From assembly GCA_049320885.1 (NCBI GenBank), contig JBMORA010000050.1, positions 1-64,000 of the forward strand: 64,000 nucleotides of DNA. Direction: 5' to 3'. The translations under genes were made by a program, and so were the position numbers. The notes under the pieces were generated by a model that had not been told where the DNA came from, ran no database searches, and saw only the letters and a list, made by a program, of their open reading frames with translations. This document shows, in pieces, positions 18,990 through 29,234 of this stretch. The first letter of the stretch is position 1, and each line of letters opens with the position of its first letter. The DNA comes from Thermodesulfobacteriota bacterium (GTDB lineage Bacteria; Desulfobacterota; Desulfobacteria; Desulfobacterales; SURF-7).

Positions 18990-20699
18990 ATGGTTCTGAC
19001 CGTTGCTTTCTATCTGGCGCTTTCCATCTGCATCCTCGGGATTCTGCTGCGATTATTCGGCTGGAAAAAGACCGCCTTCAGCCCACCGGATGACGGTCTG
19101 TCGGCGCCCAAACGTCCTACCCTCTTTATCAGGGGGGCGGCCGGTCGGCGGGTTTGCCGGATGGCCCTTGTGATCCTGTGGGATGTTTTGTTGCAGAGGA
19201 GCCTGCTGAGGGCCGGTTGGTTGCGCTGGCTGGGGCACATATGCCTTTTTTATGGATTCGTCTTTCTGACGTTGATGCATGCGCTGGACGACACCGTTAC
19301 CGCCGCGCTTTTCCCCGACTATGCCTCCACCCTGAATCCCTTCATGCTGCTGCGCAATCTGTTCGGCGTCATGGTGCTCTTCGGGGTTCTTGTCGCCGTG
19401 ATCGGCCGGGTCCGGCGCAACCGCTATTTCAGGGCCACCAATGGTCCGGACATCCTGGCCCTCGTTTTGCTGTCCCTGATCATTGTTTCCGGCTTTCTGC
19501 TGGAAAGCGTCCAGATTTTTTCCGCGCCGATTTTTCATGAGATGGTGGAAGATTACATCGGGACCGATGACCCGGAGGTGGTCGAGCCCTTGAAGGCCTA
19601 TTGGGCCCGGGATTTTCATGTGGTGTTTCCCGAGCCGGCGGCGTCGCCGGATATGGCGGCCGGGCGGATGGTGCATGAAGAAAATTGCGCTGCCTGTCAT
19701 TCCCGGCCCGGCTCGGCTTTTGTATCCCTGCCCTTGTCCCGAGTAATGAGTCCCGCGGCCTTATGGCTGAATCAGGTCCGGGCCGATGGTTGGCTCTGGT
19801 ATTTCCATTTCGGCGTCTGCTTTGCCGCCCTGGCGCTGTTGCCGTTTACGAAATTCTTCCATATCATCTCCGTCCCCCTCAACCTCATGGTCGCGGCCGG
19901 CCGGGAAATATCGCCCTCTACGGGGACACGGCACGGCCTGGGCATGGATGCCTGCACCCATTGCGGACTGTGCAGCCTGCATTGCAGCGTGGCGCCGATT
20001 TTCCAGATCATCCCCAACCCGGATATCCTGCCGTCCGAAAAGCTGGCGGCCCATCGGCGATTGATGGCCGGGAAGGGCCTGGATGCGGCCCGCCTGGAGG
20101 AGCTGGCGGAAGGCAGTTTCATCTGCACGGAATGTTACCGATGCACACAGCTATGTCCCTCCGGGATATCCTTGCAAGAGATCTGGCGCGACGGAAAGCG
20201 CCTGCTTACCGACCGGGAGGTTCCGGAGCCCCATGGCTGGGTTCGGCGGCTGACCGCCGACCAGTGGGCCGACCGTCTTGAAAGCGTCAAGGAAGAACCG
20301 CCGTTGCGGGATACGTTCCGCCATCATCGGCATGCATCCCGGGAACCCGATACGTTTACCGCCTGCATTCAGTGCAGTATCTGCACCAATGTCTGTCCCG
20401 TGGTGGCTGCCGGTGATGGAATCGAGCCGCCGGAAGTCACTCCGCAACAGGTGATGAACCTGCTGCGCCTGGATCTCAAGGAGTGGGCCCTGGGTTCGCG
20501 CATGGTCTGGGATTGCGTCACCTGCTATCTGTGTCAGGAGCACTGTCCCCAGGGCATTCGGGTGACCGATATACTCTATGACCTGAGAAATATAGCCGTT
20601 TCAAGACTGCGGGGCGTCCGGAATGTTGCCAGCGGGAGTTCTCCGGATAACACCGAATCAAACCAGCCGCATGGCGGAAAGAGGGACAAGGCCGCATGA
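18990..20699 (+). CDS. Fusion: NarI/HdrE-like membrane cytochrome b + CxxCH heme-c loop + four 4Fe-4S motifs (HdrC-like)
   Basis: About 5 TM helices with His in RWLGH..LMH and WYFH...TKFFH; CAACH at 19686-19700; CTHCGLCSLHC, CTECYRCTQLCP, CIQCSICTNVCP, CVTCYLCQEHCP. Confidence 0.85.
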   Translation: MVLTVAFYLALSICILGILLRLFGWKKTAFSPPDDGLSAPKRPTLFIRGAAGRRVCRMALVILWDVLLQRSLLRAGWLRWLGHICLFYGFVFLTLMHALDDTVTAALFPDYASTLNPFMLLRNLFGVMVLFGVLVAVIGRVRRNRYFRATNGPDILALVLLSLIIVSGFLLESVQIFSAPIFHEMVEDYIGTDDPEVVEPLKAYWARDFHVVFPEPAASPDMAAGRMVHEENCAACHSRPGSAFVSLPLSRVMSPAALWLNQVRADGWLWYFHFGVCFAALALLPFTKFFHIISVPLNLMVAAGREISPSTGTRHGLGMDACTHCGLCSLHCSVAPIFQIIPNPDILPSEKLAAHRRLMAGKGLDAARLEELAEGSFICTECYRCTQLCPSGISLQEIWRDGKRLLTDREVPEPHGWVRRLTADQWADRLESVKEEPPLRDTFRHHRHASREPDTFTACIQCSICTNVCPVVAAGDGIEPPEVTPQQVMNLLRLDLKEWALGSRMVWDCVTCYLCQEHCPQGIRVTDILYDLRNIAVSRLRGVRNVASGSSPDNTESNQPHGGKRDKAA

Positions 20700-21550
20700 A
20701 ATATGCTTTTTTCCCGGGCTGTAAAACAGCATACCATTTGAAATCCTATGAAGTGTCAACCCGGGCCGTCTGCAAAGCGCTTCATATCGAACTCATCGAC
20801 CTGGAATTCAACTGCTGCGGGTATCCGGTGCGCCACCAGAATGAAACCGCGGCGATTTTTTCCGCGGCCCGGAATATGGCGCTGGCCGGACGGCATGGCT
20901 GCCGCATCATGCCCATCTGTCAATGCTGCTTCGGCCAGTTGAAGCATGCCGCCTATTGGCTGGCCAGGGACCAAAAACTGCGCGGCGAAATCAATGCCCT
21001 CCTGGCGGGGGAGAACCTTTGCTGGGAGCCGGACATGCATATCGCGCATTTGCTGTCGGTTCTCCGTCATGATATCGGTGAAGCCGGAATCCGGGCCCGG
21101 GTGAAAAAACCGCTGGACGGGCTGAAGGTGGCGGCGCATTACGGGTGCCATGCCCTGAGACCGGGTCATGTGGTCCGTTTCGACAATCCCATGGCCCCGA
21201 CGATTTTCGAGGAACTGCTGTCCCTGACCGGTGCCCGGCCTGTCGATTGGGCCAGGCGACTGGAATGCTGCGGCCATCCGCTCCTGGGAAAGAACAACCG
21301 GTTGTCCCTGCATCTGATGGAAAAGAAGTTCGACAGCGCCCTGGATTCCGGCGCCCGGATCATCGGCACCGCCTGTACGCACTGTCAGATTCAGTTCGAC
21401 ACCGTCCGGCGGGCAACGGCCGGTGACGGAACAGGCCACCGCGACATTACCGCCGTGCTGTACACCCAGATGCTGGGTCTCAGTTTTGGATTGGAAGGGG
21501 GGGAACTTGGATTGACAAACAAGGTTGTTGCGAACATGATCACCGCTTAG
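20696..21550 (+). CDS. hdrB: Heterodisulfide reductase subunit B-like protein (two CCG domains)
   Basis: MKYAFFPGC...NCCG...CQCC; HYGCH...ECCG...[14 protein letters not shown] overlap with the upstream gene. Confidence 0.88.
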   Translation: MKYAFFPGCKTAYHLKSYEVSTRAVCKALHIELIDLEFNCCGYPVRHQNETAAIFSAARNMALAGRHGCRIMPICQCCFGQLKHAAYWLARDQKLRGEINALLAGENLCWEPDMHIAHLLSVLRHDIGEAGIRARVKKPLDGLKVAAHYGCHALRPGHVVRFDNPMAPTIFEELLSLTGARPVDWARRLECCGHPLLGKNNRLSLHLMEKKFDSALDSGARIIGTACTHCQIQFDTVRRATAGDGTGHRDITAVLYTQMLGLSFGLEGGELGLTNKVVANMITA

Positions 21551-21572
21551 ACTGCATAGAGGAGGAAGCACC

Positions 21573-23084
21573 ATGGAACGATATATCGGCGCCGTCGATC
21601 TGGGAACGACCAGCAACCGCTTCATTGTTTTCGACCAGCAAGGGTCCATCATCGCCATGGACCAGAAGGAGCACCGTCAGATTTTTCCCAAGCCCGGCTG
21701 GGTGGAACACGACCCCATGGAGATTTGGCACAATACCCGGGAAGTGATTCAGCAGGCCTTGTCCAAGGCCAACCTGACCGGTTCCGATATCGCCGCGGTG
21801 GGCATTACCAACCAGCGTGAAACCACCGTGGTATGGGATCGCGATACAGGGAAACCCTTCTGCAACGCCATTGTGTGGCAGTGCACCCGTACGGATGAAA
21901 TCTGCAAAAATCTTTCCAGGGAAGCAGGCCCGAACCTGCTGCGGGAAAAGACCGGCCTGCCCATCGCCACCTATTTTTCAGGGCCGAAAATCCGCTGGAT
22001 TCTGGATCATGTCCCCGGGGCCAGGCAGGCGGCCGAGAAAGGCAAGGCCTGTTTCGGTACCATCGACAGCTGGATCATCTGGTGGCTGACCGGAGGTCCC
22101 CAGGGCGGCGCGCATGTCACCGACGTCACCAATGCGAGCCGCACTTTGCTGATGAACCTGGACTCCCTTCAATGGGATGCGGACATTCTCGATCTGATGG
22201 CCGTTCCCGTTCAGATGCTTCCACGGATCATGCCTTCCATGGACAAAAAGACCTGGGGCCGCACCCTGGCTTCCGGTCCGTTGGGGGCTGCCGTTCCGGT
22301 ATGCGGGGCCTTGGGGGATCAGCAGGCAGCCCTGGTGGGCCAGACCTGTTTCAGCATGGGAGAGGCGAAGAACACCTATGGAACAGGATGCTTCCTGCTG
22401 CTGAACACCGGCGTCACCCCGGTGCATTCCCGCCACGGCCTGCTCACCACGGTTGGTTATCAGATCAGCGGCGAAAAACCGGTATACTGCCTGGAAGGCT
22501 CCATTGCCATTGCCGGCGCCCTTGTCCAGTGGCTGAGGGACAACCTCGGGTTGATCCGCAACGCCCCGGAAATCGAGGAACTGGCCCGCAACGAACCGGA
22601 TAACGGCGGGGCCTATATCGTCCCGGCTTTTTCAGGCCTTTTTGCCCCCTATTGGCGCTCGGACGCCAGGGGGGTTATTGTGGGATTGACGCGCTATGTC
22701 AACAAAGGGCACCTCGCCAGGGCCGTTCTGGAGGCCAGCGCCTACCAGACCCGCGATATCGTGGATGCCATGAACAAGGACGCCGGCGTTTCACTTACCA
22801 AACTGAAGGTCGACGGCGGCATGGTGGCAAACGAGCTGCTGATGCAGTTCCAGTCCGATATCCTGGACGTGCCGGTGATTCGACCGCGGATAACGGAAAC
22901 CACGGCGCTGGGGGCGGCTTACGCGGCGGGACTGGCCATCGGATTCTGGAGCGATCCGGAAGCGCTACGCCGGAACTGGGCCGTTGATAAAACCTGGACG
23001 CCCCAGATGCCGGGGGATAAACGGGAAACCTATTACCGGGGGTGGAAAAAAGCGGTTGAAAGGACATTCGACTGGATGGATTGA
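21573..23084 (+). CDS. glpK: Glycerol kinase
   Basis: [68 protein letters not shown]. Confidence 0.96.
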   Translation: MERYIGAVDLGTTSNRFIVFDQQGSIIAMDQKEHRQIFPKPGWVEHDPMEIWHNTREVIQQALSKANLTGSDIAAVGITNQRETTVVWDRDTGKPFCNAIVWQCTRTDEICKNLSREAGPNLLREKTGLPIATYFSGPKIRWILDHVPGARQAAEKGKACFGTIDSWIIWWLTGGPQGGAHVTDVTNASRTLLMNLDSLQWDADILDLMAVPVQMLPRIMPSMDKKTWGRTLASGPLGAAVPVCGALGDQQAALVGQTCFSMGEAKNTYGTGCFLLLNTGVTPVHSRHGLLTTVGYQISGEKPVYCLEGSIAIAGALVQWLRDNLGLIRNAPEIEELARNEPDNGGAYIVPAFSGLFAPYWRSDARGVIVGLTRYVNKGHLARAVLEASAYQTRDIVDAMNKDAGVSLTKLKVDGGMVANELLMQFQSDILDVPVIRPRITETTALGAAYAAGLAIGFWSDPEALRRNWAVDKTWTPQMPGDKRETYYRGWKKAVERTFDWMD

Positions 23085-23159
23085 CCCGTCATTCCAAGAA
23101 CAACCGGAGGAACCGTCTGCTCCCATGCCGGACGGCCCGACCTGACCGGCGGATGGATT

Positions 23160-25154
23160 TCAGTCTTTGCCGCGATGGTCCAGCACTTGACGGATGGCGT
23201 TGGCCAGCTGGCTGATCACCAGGGGTTTCATCAGGTATTCCTTGATGCCGATGGCCCGGGCTTTTTCAATGGTGGCGGTTTCACTGAACCCGGAACAGAG
23301 GATAATGGGTATATCCGGTCGAATGGCGATCATGGAACGAGCCAATTCCATGCCGGTCATTTTTGGCATGGTCTGATCGGTGATCACCAGATCATAGGCC
23401 TCCGGGTTCGACCGGAACGCCTCCAGAGCCTCGAGACTGCCTTGAAAAGAAGTCAACCGGTAACCAAGATGCTCCAGCAGGACTTTGCCCAGGGCCACCA
23501 GTTCATCCTCGTCGTCAATGAAGAGAATCCGCTCATCACCTGTGGGTATCCGGGGGTTGCCGGTTTCCATCGGATAGGTCACCTGCTCCGGAACCGCCGG
23601 CAACAGAATTTGAAATGTTGTTCCCTGTCCGGGCCGGCTGGATACGGTGATGGCTCCTTGACAGTCCTTGACGATGCCGTGGACCACGGAAAGCCCCATG
23701 CCGGTTCCCTTGCCCGGTTCCTTGGTGGTAAAAAAAGGATCGAAGATCCGTTCCATGGTTTCCCGGGACATCCCGTGGCCGGTATCGCTGATCACCAGCC
23801 GGGAGTGCAGTCCCGGTTTCAATTCCGGATACAGGGCAGTCATTTCCTCATCCATCAGGATATCGGAAAGGGTTACGTCGATTACCCCGCCGCCGGCCTC
23901 CATGGCGTGGGCCGCATTGGTGCAGATATTCATCATGATCTGATGGACCTGGATGGGATCGGCCATGACCATGGCCGTGCTTTCGAGAACGGTCTGGCGG
24001 ACATCAATGGTCGACGGCAAAAAGGCTCTGAGCAATTTCAGGGCTTCCTTGACGATCAGGCCCATGCGGATGGGGTGCTTGTCCTGATCCGTCTGCCGGC
24101 TGAACGTAAGGATTTGCTTCACCAGGCCGCTGGCCCGCTCGCAGGCTTTCAGCACTTTCTGCAGATGCGCATGGGCCTGCCCTTCCGGTTCGATGGTCAG
24201 GGCGGCCAGTTCGGTATAACCGGTGATGGCCGCCAGAATATTATTGAAATCATGGGCGATGCCACCGGCCAGGGTGCCCACGGCCTCCATTTTCTGGGAT
24301 TGCTGGAGCTGGGCCCGGGCCTTGGCCAGCTCCTCCTCAGCGCGCTTGCGCCAGGTGATGTCCCGGAACTCGGTGACACGGGCCATGCGGCCATGATATG
24401 GAATGTTTTTCCCTCGGATTTCAAGCGGGTATCGACTGCCGTCTTTCCGGACCCCGAAGACGTCATAGGGATGCGGATAGCCGGAAACAATCTTTTCCAT
24501 GACGAATTCACGCCATTCCTCGGCGATGAGCAGCAGGCCGTTCATGCCCAGCAGCTCCTGGAAATCATATCCGGTCATTTCCGCCAAGGCCTGGTTGGCG
24601 TCCAGGATCACTCCTTTTTCATGGATACCGATACCGCCGAAAGACGCTTCGTGCAATCTCCGGAAGCGCTCTTCGCTTTCCAGTAACGCTTTTTCGGCCG
24701 CCTTTCGTTCGGTGACGTCCCGGCTCACTCCGCGAAAGCCGATGGGGTGACCGTCGGAATCTTTCATGAGATAGGTGGACAGCTCGACATCGCGTTTGCC
24801 GCCATCCCCGCGGACGATTTCAAAATTCATGATGGTAACCGGTTTGCCGGTCTGAAAAACCTGGTTGAAAACCTGAAACATCTTCTCCGCGGTTTCCGGA
24901 GTAGTGAATTCCCGGTTGTTCATCCCCATCAGGGTTTCCGCATCATACCCGGTGATATGACAAAGGGCCTGATTGAAGAACCGCAGATTCCCGGCGAGGT
25001 CGACTTCAAAATATCCTTCGGCGATGCTTTCCAGAATGGTCCGGTACCGTTCTTCGCCGGCATGAAAGGCGGCGGCCTTGGTGCGGTATTGCTCGGCGTC
25101 CGTGATCAGTTCGGCGACCTTTTTTTCCAGTTCCGCGTAGGTTGGCTTCATCAT
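23160..25154 (-). CDS. PAS-PAS hybrid sensor histidine kinase with receiver domain
   Basis: Two PAS/PAC domains, [14 protein letters not shown]-box, [16 protein letters not shown], receiver [10 protein letters not shown]; start probably ATG 25154. Confidence 0.92.
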   Translation of the reverse strand: MMKPTYAELEKKVAELITDAEQYRTKAAAFHAGEERYRTILESIAEGYFEVDLAGNLRFFNQALCHITGYDAETLMGMNNREFTTPETAEKMFQVFNQVFQTGKPVTIMNFEIVRGDGGKRDVELSTYLMKDSDGHPIGFRGVSRDVTERKAAEKALLESEERFRRLHEASFGGIGIHEKGVILDANQALAEMTGYDFQELLGMNGLLLIAEEWREFVMEKIVSGYPHPYDVFGVRKDGSRYPLEIRGKNIPYHGRMARVTEFRDITWRKRAEEELAKARAQLQQSQKMEAVGTLAGGIAHDFNNILAAITGYTELAALTIEPEGQAHAHLQKVLKACERASGLVKQILTFSRQTDQDKHPIRMGLIVKEALKLLRAFLPSTIDVRQTVLESTAMVMADPIQVHQIMMNICTNAAHAMEAGGGVIDVTLSDILMDEEMTALYPELKPGLHSRLVISDTGHGMSRETMERIFDPFFTTKEPGKGTGMGLSVVHGIVKDCQGAITVSSRPGQGTTFQILLPAVPEQVTYPMETGNPRIPTGDERILFIDDEDELVALGKVLLEHLGYRLTSFQGSLEALEAFRSNPEAYDLVITDQTMPKMTGMELARSMIAIRPDIPIILCSGFSETATIEKARAIGIKEYLMKPLVISQLANAIRQVLDHRGKD

Positions 25155-25158
25155 GGGC

Positions 25159-25482
25159 TCAGGCGTTTTCAGTGATCGGCTTGATAACCGACTCATCAAT
25201 CCCCATCTTGAATTTGACTCCGATGCCGTTCGGACTGTTGCGGACCACCTCGCCGATGATTTTAATGGAGGAATTGCTTCCCGGTTTCGGGATGGTCATG
25301 GTGATGTCCTCTCCCACGGGGATCTGCTTGGTGGTGCGGATAAAAACACCCCAGGCGCTGATATCCCGGATGTATTCAATGCTCGAGAAACTTTTGGTGG
25401 CATAAGCGATGGCCGTGAAGCATTCCTGCCTGACCGATCTTCGTCTTTCCGCGGGTTGTACCGTTTTCACCGATTTTTTCAT
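25159..25482 (-). CDS. PilZ domain protein (c-di-GMP receptor)
   Basis: ERRRSVR (RxxxR) and DISAWG (DxSxxG) motifs; GEVVR....GIGVKF. Confidence 0.85.
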   Translation of the reverse strand: MKKSVKTVQPAERRRSVRQECFTAIAYATKSFSSIEYIRDISAWGVFIRTTKQIPVGEDITMTIPKPGSNSSIKIIGEVVRNSPNGIGVKFKMGIDESVIKPITENA

Positions 25483-25702
25483 AGACCGCCTCTGTTTTTT
25501 TCAGCAGGTTGATTGATAATGTCCCCGGACATCCGAGCAAAAAAACATGATCGGCGCTGTCAGTCGAATCCATTTCAGCGGTGAGGCGCGCCCGCTCACC
25601 GCCGACCCGCCCGGTGGGATACTCCATCTTGCAACAGGTGACGACATCCGACGTTGTCCGAGTGCTACCTGATCAGCGGCACTTCGGAACAACGACGGTA
25701 AA

Positions 25703-25731
25703 AGTATAGTCCAGCGGCTATTATCTGTCAA
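25703..25731 (-). promoter_or_regulatory. Near-consensus sigma70 promoter ~220 nt upstream of the PilZ gene
   Basis: TTGACA-N17-TATACT on the minus strand. Confidence 0.75.
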
Positions 25732-25789
25732 TGCCTTGATTTCGTCGGCATTTTGGGTTTTCCGAGCGGATCGGATCGGTTCTTCGGGA

Positions 25790-26521
25790 TTATTCGGCCT
25801 GATGCAGGCGTTTCAAGGGCTTGAGAGGCGCTTTCTTTTTTTTGGAGGCATGATCCCGTTCATCCTTGAGGCGCAGCCCCTCCATCAGCAGGTTCATCAG
25901 GGGTTGCTCGATTTCCTTTGTCTTTTTTTTGCAAATATTGTCAATATGGATGGTCACCCGTTCCCAGCACAAGAGTTCAAAGGCCGCTGCTTCATTTTTC
26001 AGGTCGCCCATTTCGGCGGACATCATTTCGCCCTTTACAAAATACAGGGCACCCGCCTTATTCTGCATTTTTACCGTCAACGTGCAGGTTTTATTTTCCA
26101 TTTCAATGAGCTGAAGAAAGGATGCCAGGCTGATGCCCTGGATCCGTCCTTCGGCGCCGGCGCTCAGTTCTTCCAGTATGCATTCCGTAATGATATCGAT
26201 ATTCAGCGGCTTTTCAAAATATTTGATGGAACCGACGGACTCGGCCTTGCTTTTGATTTCCGAACCGCCGAAGGCCGTCATGACAAATACTGGAATTTCG
26301 GGATAGTATTCATTGATATAGGCCATCAGGGCGAATCCGTCCATTTCGGGCATCTGCAGATCGGTGATCACCAGATCGATTTTTGTCTGCTGAATCACCG
26401 CAACCGCATCCTTGCCGTCCTTGGACGTCATGACTTCGAAGTAATCCGAGTGGGGCTTCAGCACACGGGAGAGCAAGCCGCGGGTTACCGCATCATCATC
26501 CACGATGAGAACGTGTTTCAT
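25790..26521 (-). CDS. Response regulator with DUF4388/PatA-like domain
   Basis: VLIVDDD, DLVITDLQMP, MTAFG, EKP; C-domain G.IQGISLASFLQLIEMENKTCTL...G.LYF.KGE. Confidence 0.88.
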   Translation of the reverse strand: MKHVLIVDDDAVTRGLLSRVLKPHSDYFEVMTSKDGKDAVAVIQQTKIDLVITDLQMPEMDGFALMAYINEYYPEIPVFVMTAFGGSEIKSKAESVGSIKYFEKPLNIDIITECILEELSAGAEGRIQGISLASFLQLIEMENKTCTLTVKMQNKAGALYFVKGEMMSAEMGDLKNEAAAFELLCWERVTIHIDNICKKKTKEIEQPLMNLLMEGLRLKDERDHASKKKKAPLKPLKRLHQAE

Positions 26522-26895
26522 TAGGTGGCCCTTTTATGCATTGTCACCGAACATTCCGCCAATTCCGACATCAATGTCAGCCGCCGCAATCACCGCCATG
26601 GTCGGCAGGGAAGTCTCCTTATCCCCATTGCCCATACCACAGCCGGGAAATAATCTCAAGTATCATGTTTTAAAGCAAATTCAATATTACCGAAAACCAG
26701 GGCTTCAATGGATCGTGGGGCCGGTGCTGCCGCGGCTTCATTGGGGCAATTCCAGCGTTTTTTTATTTGTTATTTCAGTATGTATTCTTGAATGGATGGG
26801 ATGATGGGAAAGGCGTTTTTGACTTTTTGACAATGTTCCTGTAGGTTGCGCCTATTTGAGTCCAACCGTCACACAAAGGGGAGAGCGCTATTTCC

Positions 26896-27738
26896 ATGCA
26901 GGCGGAACTGCTGCTGACAGCCATACGGGCCGCGGTCATGGCCGGTGAACAGATTCTGGGGGTGTATTATTCCGACTTCGCGGTGGATTTCAAGGCGGAT
27001 GATACCCCTCTTACCATGGCGGACAAACGCGCTCACCAGACCATCAGCCGATGCCTGAAGGCTGAAACGGATCTGCCTGTCCTGAGCGAAGAAGGCCGGG
27101 AAGAACCCTATGAACGCAGGAAACAATGGGCGCGGTTGTGGATCGTTGATCCGTTGGACGGCACAAAGGAATTCGTCAAGAGAAATGACGAGTTCACCGT
27201 CAATATCGCCCTGGTGGAAAACCATCGGCCGGTCCTGGGCGTGATTTTCGTGCCGGTTTCCGGAACATTGTATTTTGCCGCCGGAGCGGTCGGAGCGCGT
27301 AAACTCTCCGGCAGCCGCTTGATGGAAAAAGGCGCGGATTGGACCCTGCCGGCGCTTCTCGATCGTTCCCAACCGCTGCCGCTGGAATATGCTGCCGCCG
27401 AGGGCGAAGTCACCATTGTCGGCAGCCGGTCCCATGCGACACCCGAGCTGGAGGCCTTTGTTGACCAGAAACGCAGGGAATATGATCAGGTCCGGTTCGT
27501 CTCCGCCGGCAGTTCCCTGAAATTCTGCCTGGTGGCGGAAGGCTCCGCGCACCTCTACCCGCGATTCGGTCCCACAATGGAATGGGACACGGCGGCCGGC
27601 CAGGCCATAGCGGAATGTTCCGGGGCCTGCGTTTTACGGCAGGATACCGGTTTGCCGCTCGACTATAACAAGAAGAATCTGATCAATCCGAATTTTATGG
27701 TTTTCCGAAAAAAACCGGAAAAAAAGGAAGTCTCATGA
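26896..27738 (+). CDS. cysQ: 3'(2'),5'-bisphosphate nucleotidase
   Basis: KADDTPLTMAD, VLSEE, WIVDPLDGTKEF, GSSLKFCLVAEG, EWDTAAGQA. Confidence 0.93.
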   Translation: MQAELLLTAIRAAVMAGEQILGVYYSDFAVDFKADDTPLTMADKRAHQTISRCLKAETDLPVLSEEGREEPYERRKQWARLWIVDPLDGTKEFVKRNDEFTVNIALVENHRPVLGVIFVPVSGTLYFAAGAVGARKLSGSRLMEKGADWTLPALLDRSQPLPLEYAAAEGEVTIVGSRSHATPELEAFVDQKRREYDQVRFVSAGSSLKFCLVAEGSAHLYPRFGPTMEWDTAAGQAIAECSGACVLRQDTGLPLDYNKKNLINPNFMVFRKKPEKKEVS

Positions 27739-29234
27739 TCATCCCCGTCATTCTGGCAGGAGGGTCCGGTACCAGGCTGTGGCCGCTTTCCAGAAAACTC
27801 TATCCGAAACAGCTCATGAACCTGGTGGATGCGCATACCATGCTGCAAAACACGATGATGCGGCTAAAAGACTTTCCGGACATGGCCGGACCGATCATCA
27901 TTTGCAACGAGACCCACCGGTTCATGGTCGCGGAACAGATTCGCGAAATCGGTATCGATTCCGCCGTTATCATCCTCGAACCAGTGGGCAGAAATACGGC
28001 GCCCGCGGTTGCCGTGGCGGCATTGAAATCCCTTGCCGCCAAACAGGATCCCATTCTGCTGGTGTTGCCCGCGGATCATTTTATAGAAAATTCGAGCCGA
28101 TTTCATTATTCCCTTTCGGCCGGAGTCCGATTCGCCGAACAGGGCCGGCTGATCACCTTCGGCATCGTTCCAACCGCGCCGGAAACAGGATACGGCTATA
28201 TCCGGAAAGGAGCCCCGATTCCTGGTCCGGCCGGCCAACCAGCCAATCCAGCGGTCACGACCATCGACCGATTTGTCGAGAAGCCGGACAGAAAAACGGC
28301 CGAGCAATATGTCGCTTCGGGTGAGTACTTCTGGAACAGCGGGATCTTCATGTTCAAGGCTTCCCGGGTGTTGAGCGAAATGGACCGGCATGTCCCTGAA
28401 ATCGTTAGTGCCTGCAAGACCGCCATGACCGATGGCCGGGAAGACCTCGATTTTTTCCGGCTGGATCAGGCCGCCTTTGCCGCCTGTCCCGGCGATTCCA
28501 TCGATTACGCCATCATGGAGAAAACTACGAACGGCGCGATGGTGCCCCTGGACGCCGGATGGAACGACCTGGGATCTTGGGAGGCCCTCTGGCAGGTGGG
28601 GCAAAAGGACGGGCAGCAAAATGTTTTGAAAGGGGACGTGGTGATCGAAGATGTGAAAAATTCCTATCTGCACGCCACTGACCGTCTGATTGCGGCCGTG
28701 GGCCTGGAAAATCATATTGTCGTGGAAACCACCGACGCCATCCTGATATCTCCCCGAGAGCGGGTGCAGGATGTCAAGCGCCTGGTGGATCAATTGATGA
28801 AGCAGAAGCGCATCGAAACCTTGTCCCATCGGAAAGATTACCGCCCCTGGGGATGTAATGAAAGCATCGACGCGGCTGAGCGTTTCCAGGTGAAACGTGT
28901 GACGGTCAAGCCCGGCGCCAAAATATCCCTCCAGAAGCATTTCCATCGCGCCGAGCATTGGATTGTGGTGAAAGGCACAGCCCGGGTGACCAAGGACGGT
29001 GAACAATTTATTCTTCGCGAAGACCAGTCGACCTATATACCGGTGGGCACTCCCCATCGGCTGGAGAATCCGGGGAAAATCCCCCTGGAGCTGATTGAAG
29101 TCCGTTCCGGCAGCTATCTGGGAGAGGACGACATCGTCCGCATGGATGATGTTTACGGCCGGTCGGACCGGCGCGACCCGAAACCGGAAGAGTCCGGTAA
29201 GCCCAACAACAAAAAGACTAGCCGATCAGCATGA
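27735..29234 (+). CDS. manC: Mannose-1-phosphate guanylyltransferase / mannose-6-phosphate isomerase
   Basis: PVILAGGSGTRLWPLSR..YPKQ, EPVGRNTAPA, FVEKPD, SIDYAIME; cupin RPWG...HFHRAEHW. Confidence 0.95.
   Translation: MIIPVILAGGSGTRLWPLSRKLYPKQLMNLVDAHTMLQNTMMRLKDFPDMAGPIIICNETHRFMVAEQIREIGIDSAVIILEPVGRNTAPAVAVAALKSLAAKQDPILLVLPADHFIENSSRFHYSLSAGVRFAEQGRLITFGIVPTAPETGYGYIRKGAPIPGPAGQPANPAVTTIDRFVEKPDRKTAEQYVASGEYFWNSGIFMFKASRVLSEMDRHVPEIVSACKTAMTDGREDLDFFRLDQAAFAACPGDSIDYAIMEKTTNGAMVPLDAGWNDLGSWEALWQVGQKDGQQNVLKGDVVIEDVKNSYLHATDRLIAAVGLENHIVVETTDAILISPRERVQDVKRLVDQLMKQKRIETLSHRKDYRPWGCNESIDAAERFQVKRVTVKPGAKISLQKHFHRAEHWIVVKGTARVTKDGEQFILREDQSTYIPVGTPHRLENPGKIPLELIEVRSGSYLGEDDIVRMDDVYGRSDRRDPKPEESGKPNNKKTSRSA

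Noticed and set aside
23175..24686. Long antisense ORFs (also 13017-14195, 17484-18947, 27864-29057, 54570-55787)
   Set aside because: Shadow frames opposite well-supported genes, expected in GC-rich DNA; no motifs.
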